A DNA stretch of 64,000 nt from Heterodontus francisci (lineage: Eukaryota): assembly GCF_036365525.1 (NCBI RefSeq), contig NC_090400.1, forward strand, positions 47,389,138-47,453,137, written 5' to 3'. The translations under genes and the position numbers were made by a program. Every line of letters starts with the position of its first letter. Position 1 is the stretch's first letter. Below the pieces are notes generated by a model. That model was given only the letters and a program-made list of their open reading frames with translations. It did not search any database and was not told the DNA's origin. This document shows positions 34,801-47,112 of the stretch, in pieces.

Positions 34801-36429
34801 GAGCATTATGGCTTATTGCTTTCGTAGGGAATCTCGCACTCAAAAATACGACTGGCATTCAGATTGTGTTTTTAATGTGGTTACATGACTTCAGGCACTT
34901 CACAGAGACATTATCAAACAAAATTTGACAGTGAGCCACATAAGGAATATTCGGGCAGGTGACCAAAATCTTGGTTAAAGAGGTCGGTGTTAAGAAACAT
35001 CTTAAAGGAGGAGAGTGTGCTGGAGATTTAGGGGAGGAATTCCAGAACTTAGGACCTCGGCAGCTGAAGCCATGGCCGGTTAAAATTGGGGATGTGTAAG
35101 AGGCCAGAATTGGAGGAGCGCAGAAAAAAGTAATTCTTTGTGAAGGATTTGTACATCTATTTCTTCAGCCCTGGTTGGCTCAGTCGGCAGAACTTTCTTC
35201 TGGATTCGAAGGTCAAGAGGTCAAGTACCCCCCAACCCCGTCCCTCACTTACAGGAGTACATAGCCCAGTCTGGTACTTCAGTGAATTATTTGAAAGAGT
35301 GCGACATAGCCAAAGATGCTGGAGTAAATGTCTGTTTCCACCTTCTTGGCAGTAATCTGATGGAGTGGATGGCTTCATCCGTTGATGAATCCGCCTAGTT
35401 TATATTCCATTGATCCTACAGGTGCATGATGTGCTCCATCAGATTCCCTCCCTAGCAGCAAAGATGAATATTTATCACACTATCTTTTTGAATAAGACAT
35501 TAAACAGAGCATTAAATATCTGTTCGGATGGCTGTGGAAAGACACTATTCACAGAGGGAGCAGTATGCGCCTGGTCTCCATTCCCCTCTGTACCAGTACC
35601 ACCAAAAAAACGGACACCTTTGCAGTTCCTGTTGGTGGGATCTTGCTGTGCTGCATCAGTCCACAACATTGACCACACATCAAAAGCCACTTAGTGAACG
35701 TTAAGCCCTGAGTTGGTGATCATGTAGTACATAAATGCAAGGTCTTCGTCACATTTGGGTCCCTATTCTGTACGTTCTTGTATTTTCCACGTCTATTAAA
35801 TCGATTACATTCACTGTTGAGAGACATTTGGCGAAACACAAGTAACACTCCTCTGCTGCGCTTTTTTTGTTTCATTTTATTTTCTGCTGTGTGCACTTGA
35901 CTGTGATGCCTTTTGCAGTTGAATGCACTGTTGTCCAAGCTCAAACGAGAACAGTTGCTTCTTGGGCAAGTTACTGGAGCGCCGCTGCCGCCAGCTGCAC
36001 CAATCAGAGCACTAGAGGAGAGAAGCAGGCAGTCTACACTTGATTATTCGTTAGCATACACTTTTAATGGAGCTGGCTGCGCAGAGCTCTGCAAACTGTA
36101 CATTGGAACATAAGTCAAGGAAGTGAAAAGGGCATTCAACTCACTGGAGTTTGTCTGGTATTCTAACTCATTCAACTGTGTTCTGCCCATCCAGCAGATT
36201 ATTCCACATGTTTATCATCCCTTGCATGAAGAAGTCCCTTCTGACATCTGATCTTAATTGACTTTTCACAGGCCTATCATCTCTGGCCTCAGTATCCTGT
36301 TTTACTTTCAAAAGCCATTCAGGATTCATCTCATCTTTGTCACAGGTTTTCCAACCTGGGCTCCGTAGCACTTTAGAAGCCCGAGAGTGAATCCCAGAGA
36401 CTTAATGCGGTCCCCAGACTGTTGACTTA

Positions 36430-36575
36430 CATTAAATCAAGGTCCCATCTGCCCTCTCGGCTGCAATGATGGCAATATTTTGAAGAACAGTAGGGGAGTA
36501 CTCCCATATTCCTGGCCAATATTAATCTCTCAAAGGCTATCTAGTCATTATCACAATGCTGTTTGTGGGAACTTA
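36430..36575 (+). mobile_element. Deu-domain SINE, 5' part (continues at 39101-39226)
   Basis: ...gctgtttgtgggaact breaks at the CR1 tail and resumes as tgctgtgcacaaattagctgcc at 39101. Confidence 0.65.
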
Positions 36576-39100
36576 GAGTCATAGAGGCATAAAGTCCCTT
36601 TGGCCCATCCTGTCTGTGCTGGCCATCAAGCACCTAACTACTCTCATCCCATTTTCCGGTAGTTGGCCCGTAGCCACAAGGCCACAAATGCTAGGGCATT
36701 TCAAGTGCTCATCTAAATACTTCTTAAATGTTGTGAGGGTTCCTGTCTCCACCACCTCTTCAGGTAGTGTGTTCCAGATTCCAACCACCCTCTGAGTGAA
36801 AATTTTTTTCCTGGTTATTGATCCCTCCACTAAAGGAAAATGTTTCTTCCTACCTAACCTATCAATGCTCCTCATAATTTTATATATCTCAATCATTTCC
36901 CCCCTTACCCTTCTCTGCTCTAAACAACCCTAACCTTTTCAGTCTCTCGTCATAGCTGAAATGCTCCAGCCCAGACAACATCCTGATGAATCTCCTCTGC
37001 ATCTTCTCCAATGCAATCACATCCTTCCTATAGTGTGAGTACACAGTACTCCAGCTGTGGCCTAACTAGCATTTTATACAGCTCCATCATAACCTCCCTG
37101 CTCTGAAATTCTGTGTCTTGGCCACTAAAGGCAAGTATCCCATGTGCCTTCCTAACCACCTTATCTACCTGTGCTGCTGCTTTCAGTGATCTATGGACAA
37201 GTACACCAAGGTCCCTCTGACCCTCTGTACTTCCTAGGGTCCTACCATCCATTGTATATTCCCTTGCCTTGTTAGTCCTCCCAAAATGCATCACCTCACA
37301 GTTCTTAGGATTAAATTCCATTTGCCACAGCTCTGCCCATCTTACCAGCCCATCTATATTGTCCTGTAATCTAAGGTTTTCCTCCTCTCTATGTACGACA
37401 CCACCAATTTTTATGTCATCTGCGAACAGACCTCCTATATTCACATCTAAGTCTTTAATGTACACTACAAACAGCAAGGGCCCCAGCACCGATCCCTGTG
37501 GTATGCTTCTGCTCACAGGAATCCACTTGCAAAAACAACTCTCGACCATTACCCTCTGCCTCCTGCCACTAAGCCAATTTTGGATCCAATTTGCTAAATT
37601 GCCCTGGATCCCATGGGCTCTTACCTTCTTAACCAATCTCCCATGCGGGACCTTATCAAAAGCCTTACTGAAGTCCATGCAGACTACATCAACTGTTTTA
37701 CCCTCATTTACACATCAAGTCACCTCCTCGAAAAATTCAATCAAGTTTGTTAGACACGATCTCCTCCTGACAAAGCCATGCTGACGATCCCTGATTAATT
37801 CCTGCCTCTCCAAGTGGAGATTAATCCTGTCCCTCAGAATTTTTTCCAATAGTTTCCCAACCACTGATGTTAGACTCACTGGCCTGTAATTACCTGGTTT
37901 ATACCTGTTACCCTTCTTGAATAAGGAACCACATTTGCTGTCCTCCAATCCTCTGGTACCTCTTCTGTGGCCAGAGAGGATTTGAAAATTTGTGTCAGAG
38001 CCCCTGCTATCTCCTCCCTCGCCTCACATAGCCTGGGATACATCTCATCTGGGCCTGAGGATTTATCCACATTTAAGCCCGCTAAAACAACTAATACTTC
38101 CTCCCTTTCAATGCTATGTTCAAGTATATCACAATTCCCCTCCCTGATCTCTACACCTACATTGTCCTTCTCCATATTGAACACAGATGAAAAGTAATCA
38201 CTTAAAACCTCACCTATGTCCTCCGGCTCCACACAAAGATTGCCACATTGGTCCCTAATGGGCCCAACATTTTCCCTGGTTATCCTCTTGCCCTTAATAT
38301 ACTTATAAAATGCCTTAGGATTTTCCTTTATCTTGCCTGCCAGTGTTTTTTCATGTGCCTTCTTCGCTCCTAATTACTTTTTTAAGTACGCCCCCCTACA
38401 CTTTCTATACTCCTGTAGGGCCTCCACAGTTTTCAGCACTCTGAATCTGCCATAAGCCTCCTTTTTTTTCCTGATTCAATCCCCTATATCCCTTGACATT
38501 CAGGGTTCCCTGGTCTTGTTAGTCCTACCCTTCAACTTAACGGGTACATGTTGGCTTTGAGCTCTCACTATTTCCTCTTTGATGACTCCCACTGGTCTAA
38601 TGTAGACTTTCCTACAAGTAGCTGCTCCCAGTCCACTTTGGCCAGATCCTGTTTGATCATATTGAAATTGGCCTTCCCCCAATTCAGTAACTTTATTTCC
38701 AGTCCATCTTTGTCCTTTTCCATAACTACCTTACATCTTATAGAGTTATGGTCACTATTCCCGAAGTGCTCCCCCACTGACACTTCTACCGCTTGTCCGG
38801 CTTCATTCCCTAGGATTAGGTCCAGTACTGCCCCTTCTCTTGTGAGACTTTCTACGTACTGGCTTAAAAAGCTCTCTTGTATGCATTTTAAGAATTCCGC
38901 CCCCTTTAAGCCTTTTGCACTAAGACTATCCCAGTTGATATTGGGGAAGTTGAAATCCCCTATTATTACCCTATTATTTTTACATCTCTCTGAGGTTTGC
39001 TTACATATCTGCTCCTCTATCTCTCCCTGACTGTTTGGAGGCCTGTACTACTCTCCCAGCCAAGTGATTGCCCCCTTTTTGTTTTTAAGTTCAACCCATA
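36576..39100 (-). mobile_element. CR1 LINE (HER1-like), degenerate ORF2
   Basis: ORF pieces [58 protein letters not shown]. Confidence 0.92.
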
Positions 39101-39239
39101 TGCTGTGCACAAATTAGCTGCCAAGTTTTACTACGTTCCAAAAGTGGCTACACCTCAAATGTAATTGACCGTGAAGCACTTTGGTAGGTTTGCAGGCCAT
39201 GAAAGGCACAATAATAAATGCTTTCTTTACCGAAACCTT

Positions 39240-39811
39240 GGGCCAGACGTTCAAATCGGGGTCGGTAACCTGATGTCTGGATGAATTCCGAGTCACCAAC
39301 CCCACACTCGCCATGTTATTTTGAAATGTAAATGCCCTAATTGGGCAGGAGGTGAGCTCAGTAGTCATGTTGGGGGCTCCATTACCTTGCCGGAGAGAAC
39401 AGGCAGCTCCTAACAGGGTTAGCAATGCGACGAGGATGAAAGGGGCCATGCAGGAAAAATGAAGGTCCTGCACCAGCCCCGGCACAAGAAGGTCCACTAA
39501 AAAAAAACAATTTTAAGACTAAGTCGAATAAACTTTATTCGACCCCCGCACGAACCTGGCAGCTACCAGACTGTTTGGGTTTGCTGACATAACGTTTAAA
39601 TATTTCATTCTGCACCAGACAAGCCCTTCAATAAGCTCCTTAAGGAGCCGATAATTGGCGGAGAGTGGGTTTTCCCTTCTCTTTCCCCCCCGCCCCCGCT
39701 GGCCCTTTGGAAATTACAAACTGTTTCGGGGGTGTCGGGATCCCAAGGCAACCTCCGGGGCCGCGATTTTGCACCAGGTCCTGATCCCACCACCCTTTAA
39801 AAATCCAGCCC
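39240..39811. mobile_element. GC-rich MITE, PIF/Harbinger-like termini
   Basis: GGGCCAGACGTT ... AAAATCCAGCCC imperfect terminal inverted repeat. Confidence 0.5.
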
Positions 39812-40224
39812 ATTATTTTTGTCCCTGTATATGAAGGAAAATCAGAGGGGGTCATTTTAACTTTATATTTATTGTTGGGCAAATAAGTGTGATCGGCCGC
39901 TCTTTTTACACCGCTTATAATTTTCCACTGCGGACGGCGTGGTTTAAAGTGGGCCTGCTGATTCACTACTACAGTCATTAACTGCAGCATCAGCATCATT
40001 TCCCTTTGGGTGACTGGCGCAGTCTCTTGGCGATCAGAACCTGTTGTCTTGTGAATATGTTGATATTTAACAGGATGGTCCTCAAACGTAAGTTTGAAGG
40101 CCACTGATCTAATATTCTATATACACTTCCGCGCACTCCCTATTCCCTCTGGCCCGCATACACTGAGCTTACCCAGCACCAAGTTAATGAGCCCATTACT
40201 AAAAGTAAATAGATTATGACTCAA

Positions 40225-43200
40225 ATTATTTTGACACAAAATACATTTATTATCATGTAGCGTTACACAGAAACACGCCAACAGGGAACAAAATATACAA
40301 ACAAGGAATTTCAGATCCTCTAGTTTTTACAATCACAACAAAAGAAATTTGCCAAAGTAGCAATAAATTAATTGTACAATATTTACATCTGTGGATAGAT
40401 CAGGCAGCTTCGCAAAGCTCTGCCACATCTCAATAACAGTGCTACGCGTGTGCTTCTGTGCAGCCATCTTCACCTCATATAGGCCTCAACCATAGGCCCC
40501 ATTTCCGCTGACTCAAAATTCAAGTCTTTTGCATTCTGTGCTTGGTCACTAGTACACATTGGCAGAATTGTAGCTCCAAAAACTCTACCTATTGGGGTGT
40601 GTTTATGTGGCGCAGTGGTTAGCACCGCAGCCTCACAGCTCCAGCGACCCAGGTTCAATTCTGGGTACTGCCTGTGTGGAGTTTGCAAGTTCTCCCTGTG
40701 TCTGCGTGGGTTTTCTCCGGGTGCTCCGGTTTCCTCCCACAAGCCAAAAGACTTGCAGGTTGGTAGGTAAATTGGCCATTATAAATTGCCACTAGTATAG
40801 GTAGGTGGTAGGGAAATATAGGGACAGGTGGGGATGTGGTAGGAATATGGGATTAGTGTAGGATTAGTATAAATGGGTGGTTGATGGTCGGCACAGACTC
40901 GGTGGGCCGAAGGGCCTGTTTCAGTGCTGTATCACTAAACTAAACTAAACTAAAAACATATGTGTGAGAGTGAGACTGAAAAAAAATCATATTACAAAGG
41001 ACAAATTGCAGTCAGATTGTGCCTTTGATGTTAAATGATGCCATTGATCCACAATGTGGGCATAAGAATCACACTTCTAATTGCATCGCACTGTTTAATA
41101 CAGTAAACATCCCAAGGTGCCTCACAAGTCAAAAGAACACTACATGGTAGTCAACGAGCTGGGAGAAATGGCCACAGAGATAGGTTCTGAGGAGACATTT
41201 AACAGCAGGGACTGAAGGGACAAGGTGGAAGAGTTTAGGGAGAATGGTTCAGTGAGTAAATCTGAGGCAGCTGAAGTTTCTGGCACAATGTTGGAGTGCA
41301 GGGAAGGATGTGCCGGACACTGGAGTCTGACAATATCAGACATGCTTGTATATGAGATCTGTGCAGACAAACGTCACCCACAGAACGCTGCCTGTCGAGG
41401 CTATTTCACTTTGACCAGCAACCTAGCTCAGTTTGTGGGGAGGGAGGACAAAAGGGCTGATTGACCCTTCCTCAATCTCCAGTGATAGCTTTCTGTGCAA
41501 GAGAATGCCTGTGAGATTTTCACCACTCCACAGTGCCAACACGAATGAGTCACCTGATCAGGAACATGGTTGTCACACTACAGTCTGTGCAATCTCAACC
41601 CTGTGACCACGGGCAAAGTACCCAACGGGGCATGAACTAGGAGCCCACCAGATAGTCTTTCTCTATTCTTCGAACATTTTAAAGAAACAGAAATATCCAA
41701 TTAAACTGAGTTTTACTATTTTTCTAACAAAAATGAAACTCCTACACATACTCAAATTTATTCAAACTCGTAATATTTGCAAGTTCAAATAAATACTTAC
41801 TATAAACTTATCAGGCATTTTGTTTAATTGTTACCCTCAACAGTGAAATTCAAACTGAGAAAATAAAAGTGGCAGAACAGACACATGAGAAACAAATAAA
41901 CCTGGTTTTAGACTGTGTCAATACTTGTAATGATAAAGTGGCTAAATGTTGCTTATTTTGTAGGTAGTTTTTTTTGGTTTCTGTTTCTCTGTTCATCAGT
42001 CCCTTGCCAACAGACATGGCCTCTGTCCACGTCGTAAGGTGACTGGCTTATATGAGACATTTAAGCGCAGTCTGTAGTGAATCTCTCTTAGATTTTCCTG
42101 CAGAAAGTGTAAGTGCATGGGGGTAGGGGCAGGGAAATGGAATCTGGACCCTACCTGTCATTTCCCCATTACACCAACTGGGATGAAAATTTTTCCAAGA
42201 CGGAAGAAATCGGGAGTGCAAAATTGAATTCTGCCACACAAGGGAAGGCTGGCTGATTAAAAAACAAAGAAATTCCCACAAATTCATGACAGACTTTAGT
42301 GACTTTACAGAGCACACAAATGCAGAAGACTTGATTTTGATTTTGGGCTCAAACACAATACCATACAGGATAACGTTCATTAAACCAGTGATTAGACAGA
42401 CTCGGGGGTTAGGTAGGCTCCTAAATCTGTTGCCTCTCAGATCTTATGTGATCCATAGTCAGTTCATTCATAGGTAACATGTATTGGATCAACATGACAA
42501 AGCAATCTAGTGATGGACATGGTTTCAAAGTACTACATCAGTTCTGAAAAAAGGCCTGAGTTAAATGATACTAAACATGTATTGAAATGTTTGGAAAACT
42601 GAGTTTTACATATGAGCTCTGGTTGAATTCTTTACTTGCCTTTTCTCTCAGTGTGAGGGCTTTTTAATGATTTGGCTTATTTTTGGGAGAAACTGGAAAA
42701 TGCCTGGAAAAGCACATTTCATTTGTGACAGATTTGTGAGAGGGTGACAAAATATAGAGTTAAAAAGAGTGGAAGAGAAAGAGTTGGGAAGGAAGGAGAC
42801 AGAGAAGATGAAAGTCCACAGGAAAGAGAGAGAGAGGGAGGGAGGGAGGAAAGTCAGTACAAATGAGAAGTCAGGGAGAAAATCAAAATGAATTGGTGAG
42901 AAAGGAGCCAACACGACAAGGGATTTAGGAAGGAGAGAGCTCATGAAAATGCCAACAGGAATAGGAGAGTTAGTGAAAGGACAGAAAATAGAAAGTCAAG
43001 AGTAAAAGCGTGACCAGGAATTAGTGAGAGAGGGAGAAAGAGAGAAAAGGGGGAATGAAGAAAAGGGGAATGAGGAGGGAAAAACTAGGGAGAATGAGCT
43101 AAAGGAAGGTGAATGGGGTGAGTGAGAGAGAATTCTTTCTGTGTACACTGCTTCCAATTCAGATCTGAGATGAAACACCTTGTGCTAACCAATCCCCAAG

Positions 43201-45175
43201 AGGTTCAAATCCTAATCATGGCAGGACACCAAGGCAGCTCATTAATGCTTTGAGCATTGGGCTTTTCATATCTTCAGACCTTGATGTAAATTTTGACTTA
43301 TAATTTTTTTATATTGTCTGGATTAGCTGAGTGATACTCAGTCTCGGCAGTAGGCCAAGGTTGTGAATTACTTCAATCCTAGCAAATAAAGCCACTTCAA
43401 ATCAGCCAGGTGAGAACACATTGGCCCGCAAGCTTTGGCCCTTGATTGTGACAAAAAACAAACATATGAAGCCCTGCACATGACAATTATTGTTAAACTC
43501 TCACCTACTGGTCCTCAGCTGCAGATGGATTCTGGCAGTCATCACTGAGCTGATTCTGGGCACCAAACATAGCCTTTTTTCAAAAAAGCAGTGTCTTCAT
43601 AAAAAAACGTGTTTGAGAATTTTTCTCCCCACCACCCTTCACCCCACCTCCCCAAATTAATTATAAGTGCAACACAAAGATACGAACTGCACCAAAACTC
43701 ATCAACCCATCTCTTTCAGGTGGTGTCATTTTTACGAAAATGAAATGTCACAGATGAATACCAGTCCCCAACAAACTGGAAAGTTTACCAAACACCTTTC
43801 CATAGTACAGCATCAAATTAATGCCAAACTTCAAAGACTTTTACAAAAAAAAAATGGGGTTTTTGTTTTTCTTGCTAATTTCTAACGCTGATTAAAGTAG
43901 GATCAGGAGAACAAAGAGGACCGGGGAATGCCCGGCAGCTCTTCCAGGACTGGAGTGGAATGTGTCACGGCTACAATTTGTTTGTGTCTCAAGTAGGCTT
44001 TGAATTAAGAACTGCGCTTTGTTTCTGTACACAGCACTTCATTTTGTAACATTTGCCTTCAGAAGAGCACAGGAAAGGAACAAAGGCTGCAGTATCAAAA
44101 GTTGATGAAGTGGAGCGTGGTGGAGTATGGTTCTCCCGCACATGTTGCTGCTTGCAGCAAGTGGGAGTAGTGCTAATACATGGTAGCGCCAGGGGTGGGG
44201 CACTAGTACAGAGTGATTCTGGGGCACTCGGACATGGTGTGACAGAGATGGAATGGAAGGCGGCTCAGGACACATTCCCCTCAGTTTCTAATCATGGCAA
44301 GTGGAGGGGAGTCATTGTTACTGCCAGTGCCCAGCTGTAGGTGGCAGCCTGAGGTTCAAAAGCCAAAGGTTACGTGGACGAAGAAAAGGAGATAAAATGA
44401 TAGAAAATTGGATAAGAAGAAAAACTGATAAAACCTCTCGACACTCAAAAGGCATTTCAATCACATTGTTCTGGGAATAAACTAAAATGGATTGTAGTCT
44501 TGTTGAACATTTTGTTTTAGTCCAGGCATTTCACTTTAATCCACAAAGGATTTATTCATCCAAGACCAAAAGGCAGATTTTTATTTTGCACATCTATCAC
44601 GTTTAAATGTAACAACAGATACACGGACGAAAACCTAGCAGGGCACAATGAACATCTTTGTTAATTGGCAGTGTAATCATGGCAAATAACAGGTTACAAC
44701 ACAAAGTATAGGCTCTGGTACAAGTACTGTGCGAAGCAACATTAGCAGGGTTTCAGGTATAGCCGCATCACCCACTCAGGACAACTAGACATGGGAGGAG
44801 AATGTGTTTGAACATTGACATCCTTGGTGACTCCTGGCTTTGCTGCCTTCTGTCCTTGGGTGGCAGGCAGTTAGTTCGCAGCACCAGGCAAGGAAGCCAA
44901 GGAACACGGGGATGTTGAAGGTTACCCATACTGTTGATGTACTGCAGTTGGTAAAGTAACACATCTCTGAGGGGGCCTGAATAGGTTCATTCCGAAGGTG
45001 GAGCGGGCTACCTGAACCCCTGCAACAGCAGATACAAGACAGGACTTCCTGGTGATTTCCTCCCTCCCTGGACCGAGGCAGGTGTGTTTTAGACGCAGAA
45101 AGGACGGATGCAGCTCAAGGTACAGAAGGCATGTCTGCACCAGCTACATTTGTGGTGAATGCACGTTTCCACTAG
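40225..45175 (-). other. Probable terminal 3'UTR exon of the RAP1GAP2-like gene
   Basis: Acceptor cttcattctcccaacag at 45176-45177; repeat-poor 5 kb stretch; minus-strand AATAAA at 40246-40251 with downstream GU-rich sequence; another at 41757-41762. Confidence 0.55.
40594..40955 (+). mobile_element. Young V-domain SINE (HE1-like shark SINE)
   Basis: A box TGGCGCAGTGG, B box GGTTCAATTC, V core tgtgtggagtttgc...gggtgctccggtttcctccca, CR1-type tail gggccgaagggcctgtttc, (CTAAA)n end. Confidence 0.88.
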
Positions 45176-45974
45176 CTGTTGGGAGAATGAAGGGCGCCTT
45201 TGATGTTAGCTGAATTATCCCTGAAATGGTGTTCACTGAAAAATAATACAATCCTGATGAATTACTTCCTTTACAGTGAGTACAGAAGAAAGTTCAAGAT
45301 GAATAAAACTATTTCTTTACAAAATAAATTTTTTAAGCAGTTAAGAAACCAGGCCCGAGAAATTAGTCGGTACAATATTGTCATAGCAATTCTTAATCGA
45401 AGTAAATTAGCCAATTTAGTGTTAAATTATGGGCAGTTTTCTTTTGCTGTGGACGTGTTGCGAACGGTGTTGAGTCTGAGGGGAGGGAACTCATTGTAGT
45501 TTCCATTATCACAATGTGGCCATGTGGTAAGTTAAGTTGCTGAGTTTGGTGCCGAGTTAGTGTGGTACTGCCTGGATTTCAGGTATCAATTTCCTCTCTT
45601 CTCCCCCCAGTAAAACAGTAACAGTCGCTGCTAAACAGGTGACAGCCTGATCACATGGTATGTGTGTTAGGAACAGGAGTAGGCCATTCAGCCTTTTGAG
45701 CATGTTGAGCCAGTCAAATGGTTGGCCTCACACTTGCTCACATTAAACTCCACTTGCCACAAATTTTGTCGACTTATTTAATGTATCAATGTACCTTTGC
45801 AACATTCTGCTCCCATCTATTCTGTTTACTGTGCCATTTGGCTTAGTGCCATCAGTAAACATGAACATATGGCTTGCTATTGCTTCTTCTAAATTATTTA
45901 TAAATATAGCAACATAGGCCCCACTATAGATACCCGGGGGACACCACGTGTCACCTCCTGCCAATTTGAGCAGA

Positions 45975-46650
45975 ACACAAGAAATAGGAATAGCTGTAGG
46001 CCATAAGTCCCTGGAGCCTGATCCGCCATTCAGTAAGATCCTGGTTGATCTTCTACATCAACTCCACTTTCCTGCTCTATCCTCATATCCCTTGATTCCC
46101 TTAGTGTCCAAAAATCTATCGATCTCAGTCTTGAATATACTCAACGACAGAGTATCCATAGCCCTCTGGGGTAGAGAATTCCAAAGATGAAACCCGATGA
46201 GTGAAGAAATTTCTCATCACAGTCTTAAATGGCCGATCCCCTTATCAAGACCAATGCCTCAAGTTCTAGACTCTCCAACCAGGGGGAAACAACCACTCAG
46301 CATCGACCCTGTCAAGCCCTCTAAGAATTTTATACATTTCAATGAGATCACCTCTCATTTTTTTCAACGCGAGAGAACATAAACTCATTCTACTCAATCT
46401 CTCCTCATATGACAGCCCTCTCATCCCAGGAATCAATCTAGTGAACTTCCGTTGCATCCTCCCGAAAGCAACAATATCCTTCCTTAGGCAAGGAGACCAA
46501 AACCGTGCACAGCACTCGAGTTGTGCTCCCACTACTGCTCCAGGACTGTACACAGCCACTAAAGCCCTAGATAATTGCAACAAGACTTTCTTGAGTATAT
46601 ACCCATTATCCCTACTCTCCGTCTCCTGCCTGCTAACCAATTCCATACCC
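45975..46650 (-). mobile_element. CR1 LINE 3' fragment
   Basis: ORF 46266-46652 (FWSPCLRKD..RKFTRLIPGMRGLSYEERL). Confidence 0.8.
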
Positions 46651-46699
46651 ATGTCAATAGGAATATGTTGATTGTTCTAAAGAAAACCACACACTTTTT

Positions 46700-47020
46700 A
46701 AAAATTCTTTCATGGGATGTGAGCAGCAGTGGCAAGGCCAGCATTTGTTGCCCATCCCTAATTGCCCTTAAAAACTGAATAGCTTGCGAGGCATTTCAGA
46801 GGGCAGTTAACGTTCAACCACATTGCTGTGGGTCTGGAGTCACAAGTAGGCCAGACCAGGTAAGAATGGCAGATTGCCTTCCCTAAAGGACAGGAGTGAA
46901 ACAGATGGGTTTTGAATTTAATAAGTAATTGAATTTAAATTCCACCAGTTGCTGCGGCAGGATTTGAACCTGTATTAGTCTGAGCCTCTCGATTACTACT
47001 TCAGTGATATTACCACCCAC
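46700..47020 (-). mobile_element. SINE made of the 5' head and 3' tail of the 21620-24784 LINE
   Basis: Tail (catgggatgtg...ttgcccatccctaattgccctt) joined directly to head/core (ccacattgctgtgggtctggagtcac...ggatttgaac). Confidence 0.75.
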
Positions 47021-47103
47021 ACACATATACAAGAAATGGAGATTAAACAAATAAAAGGACTGACCTTACGAGTGCATGTTTCCAGGTGGGCCACTGATTC
47101 CTG

Positions 47104-47112
47104 CTAGTGACC
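47104..47112 (-). CDS. RAP1GAP2: RAP1GAP2-like last coding exon (GH*); exon spans 47070-47112
   Basis: ttttaagcag|GGT CAC TAG ... CACTC|gtaagg; RAP1GAP2 is recalled to end in GH. Confidence 0.8.
   Translation of the reverse strand, partial: GH

Noticed and set aside
37269-39030. Long + strand ORFs (171 aa, 160 aa) and similar ones at 21118, 27488 and 60468
   Set aside because: Antisense shadows of CR1 ORF2
44039-44350. Extra coding exon after an acceptor-like site near 44349
   Set aside because: The RAP1GAP2-like frame already ends at GH* (47104); no recognisable peptide; most simply 3'UTR
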